From Phoronis australis (taxonomy: Eukaryota > Animalia > Phoronida): a stretch of 64,000 bases of DNA. Location: NCBI GenBank assembly GCA_002633005.1, contig NMRA01000382.1, positions 62,001-126,000 on the forward strand, in the 5' to 3' direction. The position numbers and the translations under genes are program-made. The notes under the pieces were generated by a model. That model had not been told where the DNA came from. It did no database searches and saw nothing but the letters and a program-made list of their open reading frames with translations. Every line of letters starts with the position of its first letter. Positions within the stretch are counted from its first letter, which is position 1. Shown piece by piece: positions 12,900 to 25,343 of this stretch.

Positions 12900-13172
12900 A
12901 ACCGTGCACGAGTCACCTGTTTGGGAGGGACTATGTTGGATCGAAAGCGACTACTTCCAAAGGGGAACGGTGCATGTCCTGGTCGCACGACAGTGTGGTC
13001 CTACAACTTCACAAGACAGAAAGAGGAGTTATGGGATTTAACAGCATGCCTATACAAGTGCAGAGGTCAAACCTGTGTAGAAATCCCGACTACAGTGCAA
13101 AAGGTCCTTGGTGCTATATTGACGGCAAATTCCCAAAGTGGGACTATTGCGGAATTGAACAGTGTAAAAATG
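12900..13172 (+). CDS. Kringle-domain exon K1 (273 bp, phase 1-1)
   Basis: (E)PCTSHLFGRDYVGSKATTSKGERCMSW...NLCRNPDYSAKGPWCYIDGKFPKWDYCGIEQCKN has six Cys plus the CRNPD and PWCY motifs. Acceptor ccgtag|A (weak pyrimidine tract), donor G|gtgagt. Confidence 0.85.
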
Positions 13173-14149
13173 GTGAGTTTCAAGTGCATGGAACACTTGA
13201 TCAAAAATATCATACTTAACTATGTTGGCATTTAGTTCTGTGCGGAATACTTCCCAACCATGTAATTAGATATCGGTGTCTAACAATGGTTTAAGGGAAA
13301 CAACTCGCCAGGAACCTCTTTGTTTGCAGTGAAGAGGAGCTAACCAGGCTTTTTCTTAGGGAGCATATCACAGAACAGTCGTTCGGAAATAAGCTCCAGA
13401 ATAAATGAGAGATCAGAAAAAAACTATTATTATCGTATCCATGGTGGTTCAACCATTCACAAATCGAACCTCATTGATACTATTTATTCATTATAACGCA
13501 CTGCAAGACCCTCACTCCTTCGAAATGCTTTTCAGGGCACAGTTTTGAGACACCCTTCAAAATTTGTCAACGTGTTGTCGCACAGATATACCAGAGAGTA
13601 TGGAGATTTCCGATGGAAATACTTGAAATCATTTTAATCTTGAAATCAATGGGTGAAAAACGGATTTTTGAGCTAGATTTTTTAATTTAAAACGTTAGTT
13701 TTATATACTTAACATTATACCAAGCTTTGGAGTCATTCAGTGCAATTATGGGGTCATTAAGTGCAATATGTTGTCTTGGTATAAATTTTCCACTTGTTCT
13801 TTCATACGATTCGAGGGACACCTCAATATTTCACATCAACAACAAGCAATGTAATTCACTTATTCTTTTTCTTACAAACTTTGTTGCTCATTTGCTACAT
13901 AATGGGTGCAGGTACGTTTGATTTAATATGAAATATAATATTTAGCAGTACATAAATTTTGATTCGTTATAAAACCGTGTTCCACAATGTACTGAACGGT
14001 GTCATTTGGTCATGTAATTTTCAAAGTGACGATCATTCACTTTTAAACTTTCTTCTTCAAATTGGGTTCACAATGTAAGTTAACAATGCAAATTGAGAAA
14101 TTACTTTTCGAAATAGTTGATTGGTAAACAAAGATTATAGGCTAGGCAC

Positions 14150-14720
14150 TACAAATTCATATCTGATTGGTAAGTGTTCTTGTGTTCCAATTCCAAATTT
14201 TCAGGTCATTTGTTGCAACCAATTGGTCATTAGTTGCATTTCTCTTCTGAAAAGTTGACGTTTCCTTGCGCATAATATTCTGATGTCTCAACAGTTTGAC
14301 AACTGTAACTCTGAGCTTCAAACTCACTCTTCAGGGATTTCCCAATAATTTTATGAAAGCGTCTTGGCATGCACCAGACTGGGTCAATTAGTGTAAAGAT
14401 CATTAAACGTTCAAATTGTTTTTTCTCCTATGCTTTTCAAGGCAGTCTCTTCTGTTTCAGCACGCAGGTGTACATAAATGCTTCCATCCCAAAAATACAA
14501 CTCTTTACTAAGCAATTGGGCTATCCCATCAGAAACAATATGTCAAAGGTCAATCATTGCAAACTGCAATTTTGAGTTAGACACTTCAATTTCACATATC
14601 AGCATGGTAAATACGTTTCATTTTCAATTATTTTGTTTCCTGTAATTTTGGGAAGGTTGTGAGACATGAATGCACTTTTCTTCTGAATTTCAGGCCTATT
14701 TATTCAGCGCGTAATCTAAT
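14150..14720 (-). repeat. Diverged inverted copy of the HINE ~430-bp repeat unit
   Basis: ggtcattagttgcatttctcttctgaaa (~14225) and gcaccagactgggtcaattagtgtaaagatc (~14371) are diverged reverse complements of motifs at ~8445 and ~8726. Boundaries approximate. Confidence 0.7.
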
Positions 14721-17700
14721 GTTTCAGCCGTGATAGTCTGCACTATAGGAGAATGCCACCCAATCTAATTTGTTTTTATCACTGTCTTAACTGATTCATA
14801 TCCACTTCACCTCATGTGCAGTCTATCTTACCTCACCCAAAAGGTGCGTTGTGAAGTTGTGAGGAAGATAGTTACGAGACGAAACGACGACATTGGTTGT
14901 TTAGCTCAGTGTGTGCCGTTAAGGTGTGGAGTAACGTTCCCTGTTGTGTAAATCGTGAAGGTGCAATGAAAGCGCGTATATTGTTCTTTTTTGATTTCCT
15001 CAAAACCCGACAATCTTTGGAAGTGATTCCCGGCCGTTAAGAACCAAAAGAACGCCGTTAACGCCATGTATGAAACCACCGTGAAAAATATCCATGTCTG
15101 TGGAAGGCATTAATCTGTTTCAACATGAATTAGTAACGTTCATATCAAACTGATACCAAGCGTGAAAGCCTGTCTCTGTTGTGTTCGTGAGTGCAAATGT
15201 TTTACAAATCCACAATATCCACAAAAAACAAATCGTACTGCGTTACCGGCTTCAGATGCAATAGAAGTAATGGGGCTATTCGGAGACCTCTCCTCGCGGT
15301 GTCGTTGCTGTACTAGTAATTATCGAATTAGCGCATACAGTAGGTCGCTGTCTGCATGCAAACGAATGGTAAAAAGACGAAATTATCAAAATACGTCGTC
15401 GCGCAAAGACTTAAAGTCCTTCTCTCACGCGTTGTTAACCCATATTACATGGTTAGAAGATGTTATAAGGATCCAAGAAGTACCTACCACATAACTAATA
15501 CACGACCCGTACTCGAAAACAGTTTAAATGAACGCGCCACCCACGATTCGCACCTGAAGAAACACCGCCATTTTGAACTTGCCGCGAACCCGGAAGTACA
15601 ATTCATTCAGGAACCCAGGCCGAGAAAACGGCGTCAGCGCGACTGGAGCAGTGACTGTACTGTTACCAGCCAGCAAACGGGGTTACAAAAAAATCGACAG
15701 CGCGCCTTAATTTTGATAAAATCAAACTACGGACAATTTTATGGAATTTGCTGAAGAAATGTGGCGAATAAATTTTGACAGAAATTATTTTGCCAGACTC
15801 GGGACCGCAGCCTATCGGACCCGATGCGGATCGAGACCAGACACTGGCGAACGGTAAATGCATGCGGTTGCAAGCTGTTTTGTCGAAGTAAAATGGCCAA
15901 ATGATAAATGCTGCATATATTCAAGGGTAGTTTCAGACACTTGCATGAAAGTACGGGCTGGTTAGTCATGTGTCACACTGCCGCGGCAGACATTAGTTAG
16001 CCTCAGTCACCAGCTACTAGTGATAGTCAAAATGCAGCTTGTTAGTAGGCCTATACAGCCTCCCGTTCAGTAGCGCTGGGACCTCGCTAAGATGCAAGAC
16101 TTCGCGAGATTACGTGAGACATTGCCGTGTATTTTAAATGAGAACATGTGACTTTGACTAGGATTTAGCAAGGTCCTAGCGTAGGTCCTAGCGTCTACTG
16201 AACGCACGCCAGCTTTGCGCCAAGACTACCCTTAGGTCTAACTGGTCGCTGGCCACAAACACAAAAAACACGAAAATTGAACAAAGTTTCTTTTTTGTAG
16301 CAACGTTTGTCAAAATGCATCAACGTTAAATCTTCACAAATTACAAAGTAGCCGATTGAACATGCCTTTCAGTTCAGCAAAAGTCGACATTGTAGGTGCC
16401 GCCAGAAATGAGACAACGGAAATTGTGAGCACATTTATCTCTTAATGAGTAACAACTGCGAGGCTGAAATTTGCTGAACACTGTTGAGTCGTGCAGAATA
16501 GTAAGTAAAGATATGTCTAACTAAATTTCACCGTAATTTGTGGGCGAAAACAATTTACACAAAGTTTTAAACTCATAACTTATCCCGCTGTCCTCCAATA
16601 TGGCCGACGCGATCCAAACAAAGTGACCCAAATTTCGCCACAAAATTTGCAATAACTTTACACTGCTTGCCCCGATTTTGATACTTTTTCGATTTTTACT
16701 GAATAGAATGTACTTCCTTTTTCGATGATAGGAAAGTACTTTTTCAAAACGAGGAACAAAATAAAACCGAAAAAAATTGGTTCGACCCATATTGGTTCCT
16801 AGGTTCGAACCGCCTACGTAAGGAACTAAACACCAATGCTATTTTAACATACATCTACTAAGTACGCGTAACATTTCAAAAAATCAACTACCACTAACTA
16901 CAAACTATAAATACACTACATATGCAAATGAATCTCGATGTATTACTAATAAAACAAAATAATGAAGACTTTTCGAGCAAGCCATAGCACATTCAGTTAC
17001 AAGGGAAAAATGGCGGCGTTCAGGACAAGTTCCTGAACTGATGAGCCGGAAATGTGGGTACGGAAATAACCGATGACAACCGGTAATCATACGCTCAGAG
17101 AGAAGGGTCAAATACTGTTAAAAATCGCTTTTGGCAAGAAAGGCGAAAAGGATATAAAGCAAGGGTGTCGAAAATAAGAGTAAGTATTTTCGGATACTAG
17201 AACCACATGGGCAGTTTGCAACAAGGACTTTAATATTACTATTTTCCGTGGTGCAAGTTTTCGACAGGTGGCCAAAAATCTCAAAAGATCAAGGGTTGCT
17301 ACATTGGTGGACAACTGTGGTCAAAAAGGTCAATCAACTGACAAAAGTTTGTGCATGCCGAACCCGGTGTGTGCTCTATGCATTTCCATTCCGACTAAAT
17401 ATAGCATAACTTGGTAAGTCTTTAGCAATCAGTTTCTATTGACATCGTTCGGTGATGTTAAGCCCACCAGTTACCCCTTTGAATAACGTTTTCATTAAGT
17501 GGAACTAAGTGTTTCTTTTCGGAAACTCACCCGGGACTCAGATGCCAGGCAGGCTAGCAGCAAATATTCACATATTGCCCTGGGTGGGAGTGCGCCCAAT
17601 ATACATGTAAGAGGTCTTTGGTACGTGACGTTCAGAAGTCAAGGGTGACTTTTTCACATCAGTTTCTCTTCAAAATTATGCTGTGTCCAATAACATTCTG

Positions 17701-18619
17701 TAGATGAGTGAGTTTCTTTAATTTATAGCGGGCCCCAACCGAGGACTACCAGATTAGTTACCTAACTAACGTGAATAAGCCTTAATTCAATAAATGTCGT
17801 AATGTTGCAATGGAATAAAAATTAACTCCTCTACTGAATTTTATTTTTTGAGATCAGCACATTTTAAGTGTCATGAAAATTACACACTGTTAAATCCCTT
17901 TTAGCCTGTTAAACAAATTTTAATTCAGATCTTAAATAAGACTTGGGTATACAGTTTATTAGTTTATAGATATCATTATGAAGACAAAATGTCAAGCATG
18001 TTCTGTCTTACAGGTGAAAGGAAACAGCTGAAACCAACCGCCTGACTGGCTATTCTACGTTTGGACAAAGTGAAAAGGCAATCTTCAGCAATAACCTGAG
18101 AGAATTGAGCCTAACTCAGAAATTCAGCACTTGATATGCCTGATTATGGACCCTAATGCAATGTTTGTGCGTGTTCCGTATGCCATTTTGTTTTTAAATA
18201 CACTAGTCTCCTGGTAGCTCTCACTGTTATATCCGGTTTGATTAACGCCTTCCCCATGCTTTCCCTACACTTCCCTCACGCTTTACTCAAACTTCCCTCA
18301 AGCCTTCACTAGCTGTTGCAACAAGGATGAACCGTGGCTATGTGCCAGCCTAAGAAAACTGAATGTACACGTCGCGTTGTTGGTGTTCTTGTCGAGTAAT
18401 ATGTTGTTTTGGGGCCTTATACCACTGAGTTCCGACAAACTCCGCAATTTCTCGTATTTCTCATAAAATGGAAGTCCTTTAGCTCGTCTGGTGTTGTACT
18501 TCTGTTGTCGAATTTATTACTCCAAATCATGTCCTATCAACGACTTAACCGTGGTTAGTAAAACACTAGGCCGCTTTAGTGGCCTGAGCTAAAGATGAAC
18601 GAACGCGGCACTCTATCTG

Positions 18620-20121
18620 ACGATTTCATGAAGGTGGTTTAAAGTTAAAACTGGTTTAAACTTGACTTAGATCAGGTTTAAAGATAATCTGCGTTTCATT
18701 AAGGTGGTTTGACTTTTAAGCCAGTGGTCTAGTAAAATCTGGTTTAACTCCAATTTAGACCTGGTCTAAGTCAGTTTTCATTTCACCAAAGAGGTATACA
18801 TTGCTTAAGATCTTATATTGTATGAAGATCTTAAACCAGGTTTAACTTTAGACTTGGTCAGACCCAGGTTTAATACTATTAAATATGGCAGACTTGTACG
18901 ATAAAGGTGCAAATTAGTGATGTAGTGGTGTGCATTTACGACGCAGTTTTAGAGTGAGAACGGACACTATTTTCAATATTCAGTTTTAGGGTGACAAGAT
19001 GAAACGTTACAGGGGGACCAAGAATTTTAAGGGGGGTGGTATGATCAAGGATTTTTAAAAGGTGGCTCTGGGTCAATAATTTGAAAAACATAGACTTGAT
19101 ATCACTAAAACCAATGGAAAAATGGGTCCGGGCGCTTTGAACCCGTGCATCCGCCTATACGTTGACAAGTACATACCGAAGGCTGTCCTTCCAATTCCTC
19201 AGAATATGACAGTTCGAGCAGAGCGTCATCGTCGCAAGCGCTACGCGTATGACTAAAAAAGGCATCTTATGATTATTCTGACCGATTTCCATCTCAACTG
19301 GTCCCCAATTTAAGGTTTCCGGGCAGGGGTCCTGTCCAAGAAGCGCATTTAGATGGGGGTTACACTTTCATTTGGCAGTTCGGGGGTGGGAATGTCTGAT
19401 GGGCAAAATCCTGGCTAATACTCTGCACTGGCCCCCCTAAGTCGAAATCCTGGATCCGCCCCTGTGCTCCCCCTTTGGCCGCAAAAAGGTAAAATAACAC
19501 CGAAATAAATCAGTGCATTTCATATGTTACGGGTAATTAACATCAAGTACCTTAATGCGTGTACTTGTGCTGAACACAGACAATACGAAACGAAAAATAT
19601 CTCCTCATGACATCCTAAATCTGCCACTGGGTCCCTCATCCATTTTTCTGGGCAAAATTTTCAGTGATGAAATTTTCGTTCTGGCCCTCATTATGGAGCA
19701 CTGTCTCCAAGCCTGCTGCTTACGTTGACTGTATTTGGCACCAATTTTCTTGTTCTCGACAATGACACTGGCTTTTTCTCTGGTCAGTTATGGGAAGAAT
19801 CATTTCTCCACTTGGCAGCCCTGTTTCGCAAACATCTACACTGGTTTTACTGCTGTTTGCCATTGTGTACCCACGTGATCAAGGTTTTGTTGAAACACTT
19901 CAATAGTTTCTTTGTTGGGTTCATCCGGATCAGCACAGTAGGGTGGCTTGAATACTTTAACCCTGGTTTTACTAAACCGGCTTTATGGTCCAGCAAAACC
20001 AGGCATTCAGATTTTTAAACTATGTCGGTGAAATGCAACTTAGGTCTAAATTTAGACTAGGTTTAGGAAGACCAGGTTTAAGTCTACATCTGGTTTTGTT
20101 AAACCACTCTTATGAAATCGG
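18620..20121. mobile_element. Non-autonomous PIF/Harbinger-like element with Myb/SANT remnant and nested MITE pieces
   Basis: TIR acgatttcatgaaggtggtttaa versus ttaaaccactcttatgaaatcgg. Flanks give a 3-bp duplication (CTG; TAT if the ends are shifted by 3). Many subterminal ggtttaa/agacc repeats. Minus strand 19700-19830 gives RNRAAKW...EKASVIVENKKIGAKYSQRKQQAW, resembling Harbinger Myb/SANT proteins. Confidence 0.7.
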
Positions 20122-22654
20122 CTGTATGCGTTCACACTCTTGTTTACACTGCTGCGGACTCCATGAAGCTCACCACAGCTGGATATACTTAATTCTCTTT
20201 TATAAAAGCCCAAGCATCTTGATTCACGTACTCATGTATTGTCACATTGTGGATTCTTAGACCACAATCGTTGAACAGAAAAAAAATCCAATAAGCTAGA
20301 GTGGCGTCATGTACTCTGTAGCATACCTATAGCCTACTGCGAGTGCATGTTGCGTCCCCTATCCCTAGTGTGGGTTTATTTGTAGCCCCATCCCCTTAGT
20401 ATTTCGTTCCCATGAACTCCATGTTTTGACTAGCCAAATGGCGGTGTTCACTTTCTCCAAAAGGTGCCGGGATTTGGGATCTGATAATTCAAGATGTTGA
20501 TTTTGATGCTTGTAAAGTCGATATGTGGAAGCTTGGTCGAGCTAACCAATCGCAGGTTTAATTGTTAACCCTGCTAAATGTAAGTGCTATGATACTGAAT
20601 GTTACATGATTTTAAAGTGAAATCCAATGAAATCGTCACTGTCATTACCTGAAATTTCCAAAATCCATATCTAAAGTTTAAATGAGTTTGTTATGTAGAC
20701 ACATTACTGGGTGCAAACCCCTGAGGCAAAATACAGTTCAAAAAGCTGGTTAAAAACTTGACCGTGAGAAAAGTTCGCATACAATTTACACCTTGATTTA
20801 TCCATTACAATACCAGTTAAGGATGTTATAAGTCCGAAGCAAGATTTACAATAATTTCAGCTAAAATATCTGATACTTGACTGATGTCCATGAAATACAT
20901 GATAATTTTGGTGCATTCCGTACACAGTGCTAAAGTGCAAATTAGTCGTGGAAAAAAAGCATACTCAACGTTTAAAATAACTGACATTAATGGGAAAACC
21001 AGTCATGATAAGTAAAGAAGATGGGCGACAAAACACCAACTTAAAAAAAAAGAACTATAAATTGATACGCTGGTGGACGACAAAAGGCCGAACATTCAAA
21101 AGGTTTGTACGTTTGAAACATCGGATGCAATTAATGTACAAGATTAGATTAATGATTATATAGGTTGCAATTGAGAGTGCCATTTTTCAAAAAAAAACTA
21201 AATTTAATCATCAGAAATCTTTATAATTCCAATTTACCTAAAACAAGTAAATATCAATTATCACATCAATCGAAACGAACTGAAACCAACAAGCATATCA
21301 CTATCCTTAAAACATCGCCTTCACAAGCTCTTATCGCATACAATTGAATTGTTTTATACAACGTTTAATGCATATATCCAATTAAGTACATTAATATTTC
21401 ACGAATTATAGAATTTGACAATTATTTTTCCTATTTGAACTGCTATTTAGTACGAAGTGGTTTGATCTTTGAAAGCTGTATGGGACACTCAATGAAATTG
21501 ATTTGCCTGTCATCCATTTAGTCGTGTAAGCATTTAATTGTGGTTGCATCAGACAATGTTTTTTAAAATTAAACGTGTTTATTAGATATATTCATATTTC
21601 ACATCTTAACGTTTTACTTCAAACCTGGTAAACTTAGTCCGAAAGGTTTTGTGAAGGCATCATCTTCCTGTTTTGGGAAGTGTTTTTGCAATCTTGTTTT
21701 AAAAAATATCCTGTTTAATGAGAAATATTTCCAAAACTGACACCTCAAGGTGGAAAAAGCTGTCATCTTGTCTGTCAAACCGATCCACATGGTTCATGCA
21801 CAATTTGCACTCAAGCATGAAAAAATCAAGGAGTGTTATAAAGTAGAAACACATATATGTGTACTTGTATAGCTTTGATCCAAAAAAGAACCGCTTCCAA
21901 GACATATTTTCACTCATAAAATACAATGAAGTGCAATTCAAGAATTTTCAAACCGTGTTACATCATTACCCTTTCTGAAGTTTGATGCAAATACGCTTAT
22001 CATTTTTTACTAAAACCAAGTTTTCATGCCCAAAACTCGCATAAGCAATGTAATTGGCTTTAAAACTGTGAACAAAGTTGTGTATGGAATAATTTATTAC
22101 CTTAAAGAGTTTTATTTGATCATCAAGGTGTAACAATAACTGGTTTTTCACTCACAAGAAGACTATTTATGCAGCCACAGATTGTTACTATAGGTAAAAA
22201 GCCTTTGCTCTGGAAGGAAGGATTTCATGTCTCTCAAGGGAGCAGGACAGATACATGTGTACCAGGTGCCCGAGCTTTTAATTTGACACCGATCGAGTTT
22301 GAAGAGCATTGGCTAAAACGGTGTACAGAGACGCTTTTAAAAACGTGAAGTTTTGGTATACAGTTTTCCTTATTTTTATGTTGTTCAGTCTCATTGAATT
22401 CTACAATTAGACCTTGAAAGGGAAGAACAAAAAACAACTGTTGACTCGCACTGTGCTCGAAATATGACTATGTACTCGACTACAGCATTTTGAGTCATCT
22501 TTGGCTGCAGTCCAGCATATGCTTTTGCCATTTAAGGATTCTTGTCAGCACATGACTTCCCGCATATGAATCGACAGTTTATAGAAGCTGTGGCGTCGAC
22601 CCCAACAAAACCGTCTCATGCAGCAATTCTAAAACTTCTGTTTTTTTCTTGAAG

Positions 22655-22936
22655 TGAAAAACCTCGGGTGCAAAGTTGACGTTAAAGGACTAGACTATAA
22701 CGGTGACGTCCACCACACCAAATTTGGAGAAGAGTGCAATTTATGGAGTAGTCCGGAAGTTCAGAGGCACATGTCCGCAGATAAACGCTTAATGTCATCA
22801 TATAACAAGTGGTCAAGAGCCGTGCAACTTTCGAACTTTTGTCGGAATCCGGATCATTCGGTGAATGGTCCTTGGTGTTACGTAAAAGTCCAGGGGGCTC
22901 TTGTGAGGCGTGTCTGTGGCATCAAAATTTGTAACG
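22655..22936 (+). CDS. Kringle-domain exon K2 (282 bp, phase 1-1)
   Basis: KNLGCKVDVKGLDYNGDVHHTKFGEECNLW...NFCRNPDHSVNGPWCYVKVQGALVRRVCGIKICN. Acceptor tttttttcttgaag|, donor G|gtaagt. Confidence 0.9.
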
Positions 22937-24504
22937 GTAAGTACTAGTACAACAAACATTCACATATTGAACTCATTGGCTGTGAGTTTGATTGCATATG
23001 CATCACAAACAAAATTTGTTATTATCCTACTGACGTGGATTCCTATACATATTTCACCTTGATGAACAACTAAAAGAAAGGTAAAAGCACTCCTAACGTC
23101 AAAAGAACACCCCGTGCGCCTATAGTACACCCATCAACTTTATGTCTACTATACAAACCTCTCGCTCAGCATCAAAACAAGCTCATTTGATACAAAGTTC
23201 GTCCAAATCCGTGTAGCGATATCGTGCATATTTCTACATTAACTGATATCAACATGTGTAGAAAGTTGGTGAAAATCGTATTCTGGAAATACATAATTAT
23301 TAGAACAGTTGAATTGAGATTTTTCTCTTGTTTGAGTCCAGCTTGTGCGACAGAGCATTGAAATATTGTGACAGTATACTTCAAATTTACATTTTTGTGT
23401 TTTTACACTGTGTCAGTGTTTGTACGAACAAAACTAAACCTCGGTGTCTGCTCGACCACAGTATATTACATTGCGTTATTGAGCAAACAAATTTGCTGCC
23501 AATTTTGATATTTTTTTCTAAGCAGTGGAAAATTAAAAAAGTGAGCCAACGAATTGTACAAGGTTATATTCTTTCTATTGATATCCATTTCAACAAATAG
23601 GGGCATTGACGAATGTTTTTAAGAATTGAAGAAATGTGAGTACTTCACACATTTTTCACGTAAATTCTCATAACTTACACTAGATATCAAAACTTCAGCT
23701 TGTGAGTGGCCACTACTGAGCAGATTTTGACAATACTGACATCAAACCGTTTGCTAAAAAGTTCTGCTTTCAAATTTAAGTGTACTGTCTTATGTTTTAA
23801 TAAGATTATGAGAAAATGTAGTTTTTTTAATTCACTATTTAGTAACGCTCTCTCACGTATATACCCTTAATTATGTCCTTATCCATTCTTCGTCATTTTT
23901 TTCACTTTATCTCACCGTTTTCGTAACTGAACACGTCTAAAAAGGTAAAGTATCATTTTCAAGAACCACATTGTCCTTTCCAGTGTTACAACTGATTGCT
24001 CAAATGTATTTAAGAGAACCAATCAAATTATTTTGAAATTTAAACAGTGGCCCATATTGGTGAAATGGTTTCGTTAAAACACTGCAATTTAACTTTCTAT
24101 TCTCTATTTTCTTCAAAAATATTCTTGTTGCAATTTTTCTACCTCGCAGTAGCTCAGTTTTATGTTTATAAAGTTAATATATTGTTCAGACAAGCCTGCT
24201 TAGCCGTTTAAAAGAACTGGTAAACTGTTAAGGTCAATGTCATTTCCCCTTGGATCGTATACACAATCACAAGAAATGAATATTTAAGAACTAAAACTAA
24301 AGGCAATACTACTATGTTCAATCCATGTTTAAACGGAAGTTGCCGGAAAACATCTTTTCACGCTGCCTATTTCTCCTTGAATGAAGAACCTATTTTCTCA
24401 TACACCTATAACTTCTTGAAGAAAATGTATGCATCTTAAAAATTATTTAGATAAAGCAAATGTCAACAATAAAAAACGAAGTGACAAACCTATTGGCTAC
24501 ACAC

Positions 24505-25100
24505 AAAACTAGTTGTAAAATGTGTAACTTTATAAACGGCAGTACTTTGCTCCAGTCCACCAAACCAACGAAAACTTTGAAATAAAACATAATTCTGACT
24601 GTACCACCAGCAATATTTTTTACCTAACAACATGTAAAAATGTTCTATCCAATACGTAGGAGAAATTCAACATCATCTTCAAACTCGGTTTCGTAATCAT
24701 AGATTGAACATAATACATAAAAACATTTCTAATGCTATACGTAATCATTCCAATTCCAATTCCAAAAACCATAACCTTCAAGATCTTTCTGCACAATCAA
24801 TACCCCAGTACCCCTCACAGACTCAGAGAAGAGAAAAAAATTTTGATACATGAGCTCAATACTCTTGAACCTAATGGATTAAACATAAAAACTTCTTAAA
24901 TTATATCCTTGAATTTTTTCCTCAAAAATGTATCACATTCATTACGCCACATCTTAAATGTCAAATGTCATACATGTATAGTGTTTGATTGTATTTTTTT
25001 TCTGTTTCTGTTGACGAAGGATGTTATTATATCGGAAATTATCAGTTGTTCCATTCTTGCTGTTTTATTCACCTATATATATATTCTACAATTCGTGAAA
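24505..25100 (+). mobile_element. Penelope-like element 3' fragment: decayed GIY-YIG endonuclease (~24505-24898) plus pLTR-like tail
   Basis: Frameshifted translation CKMCNFI...FEIKHNSDCTTSNIFYLTTC.KCSIQYVGE...LQTRFRNHR...HELNTLEPNGLNIK. Downstream ttgacgaagg...ggaaa resembles a degenerate PLE hammerhead. Confidence 0.8.
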
Positions 25101-25343
25101 CAATAGTACCCTCGAGAGGATCTGGATCGCCTGATTTGGATTCAGATTTTTTCCTCGTTATTTATTACAACCCGTAGGATTTCTTGAAGTGTTTAGTGAT
25201 TTTCAAGATAATAAATCGCTTATTTTTCAAAACATACATGTTCAATTAAGTCTTTGACAAAAATATCCTGCCACAAGTCGATAGTAAACTTTTTAATTGG
25301 CATCATCCTTGATAGTAAAAATGTAATAGTTTAGGTCTTGGTG

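Noticed and set aside
12884-13219. Naming the kringle gene (PLG, LPA, HGF, ROR, KREMEN)
   Set aside because: Only kringle exons are visible, with no protease, PAN, WSC, Fz or kinase exons. The ORF-track starts and stops also extend into introns.
17038-17070. CTGATGA...GAAA as a hammerhead ribozyme
   Set aside because: No consistent stem II or stem III, and no cleavage-triplet geometry.
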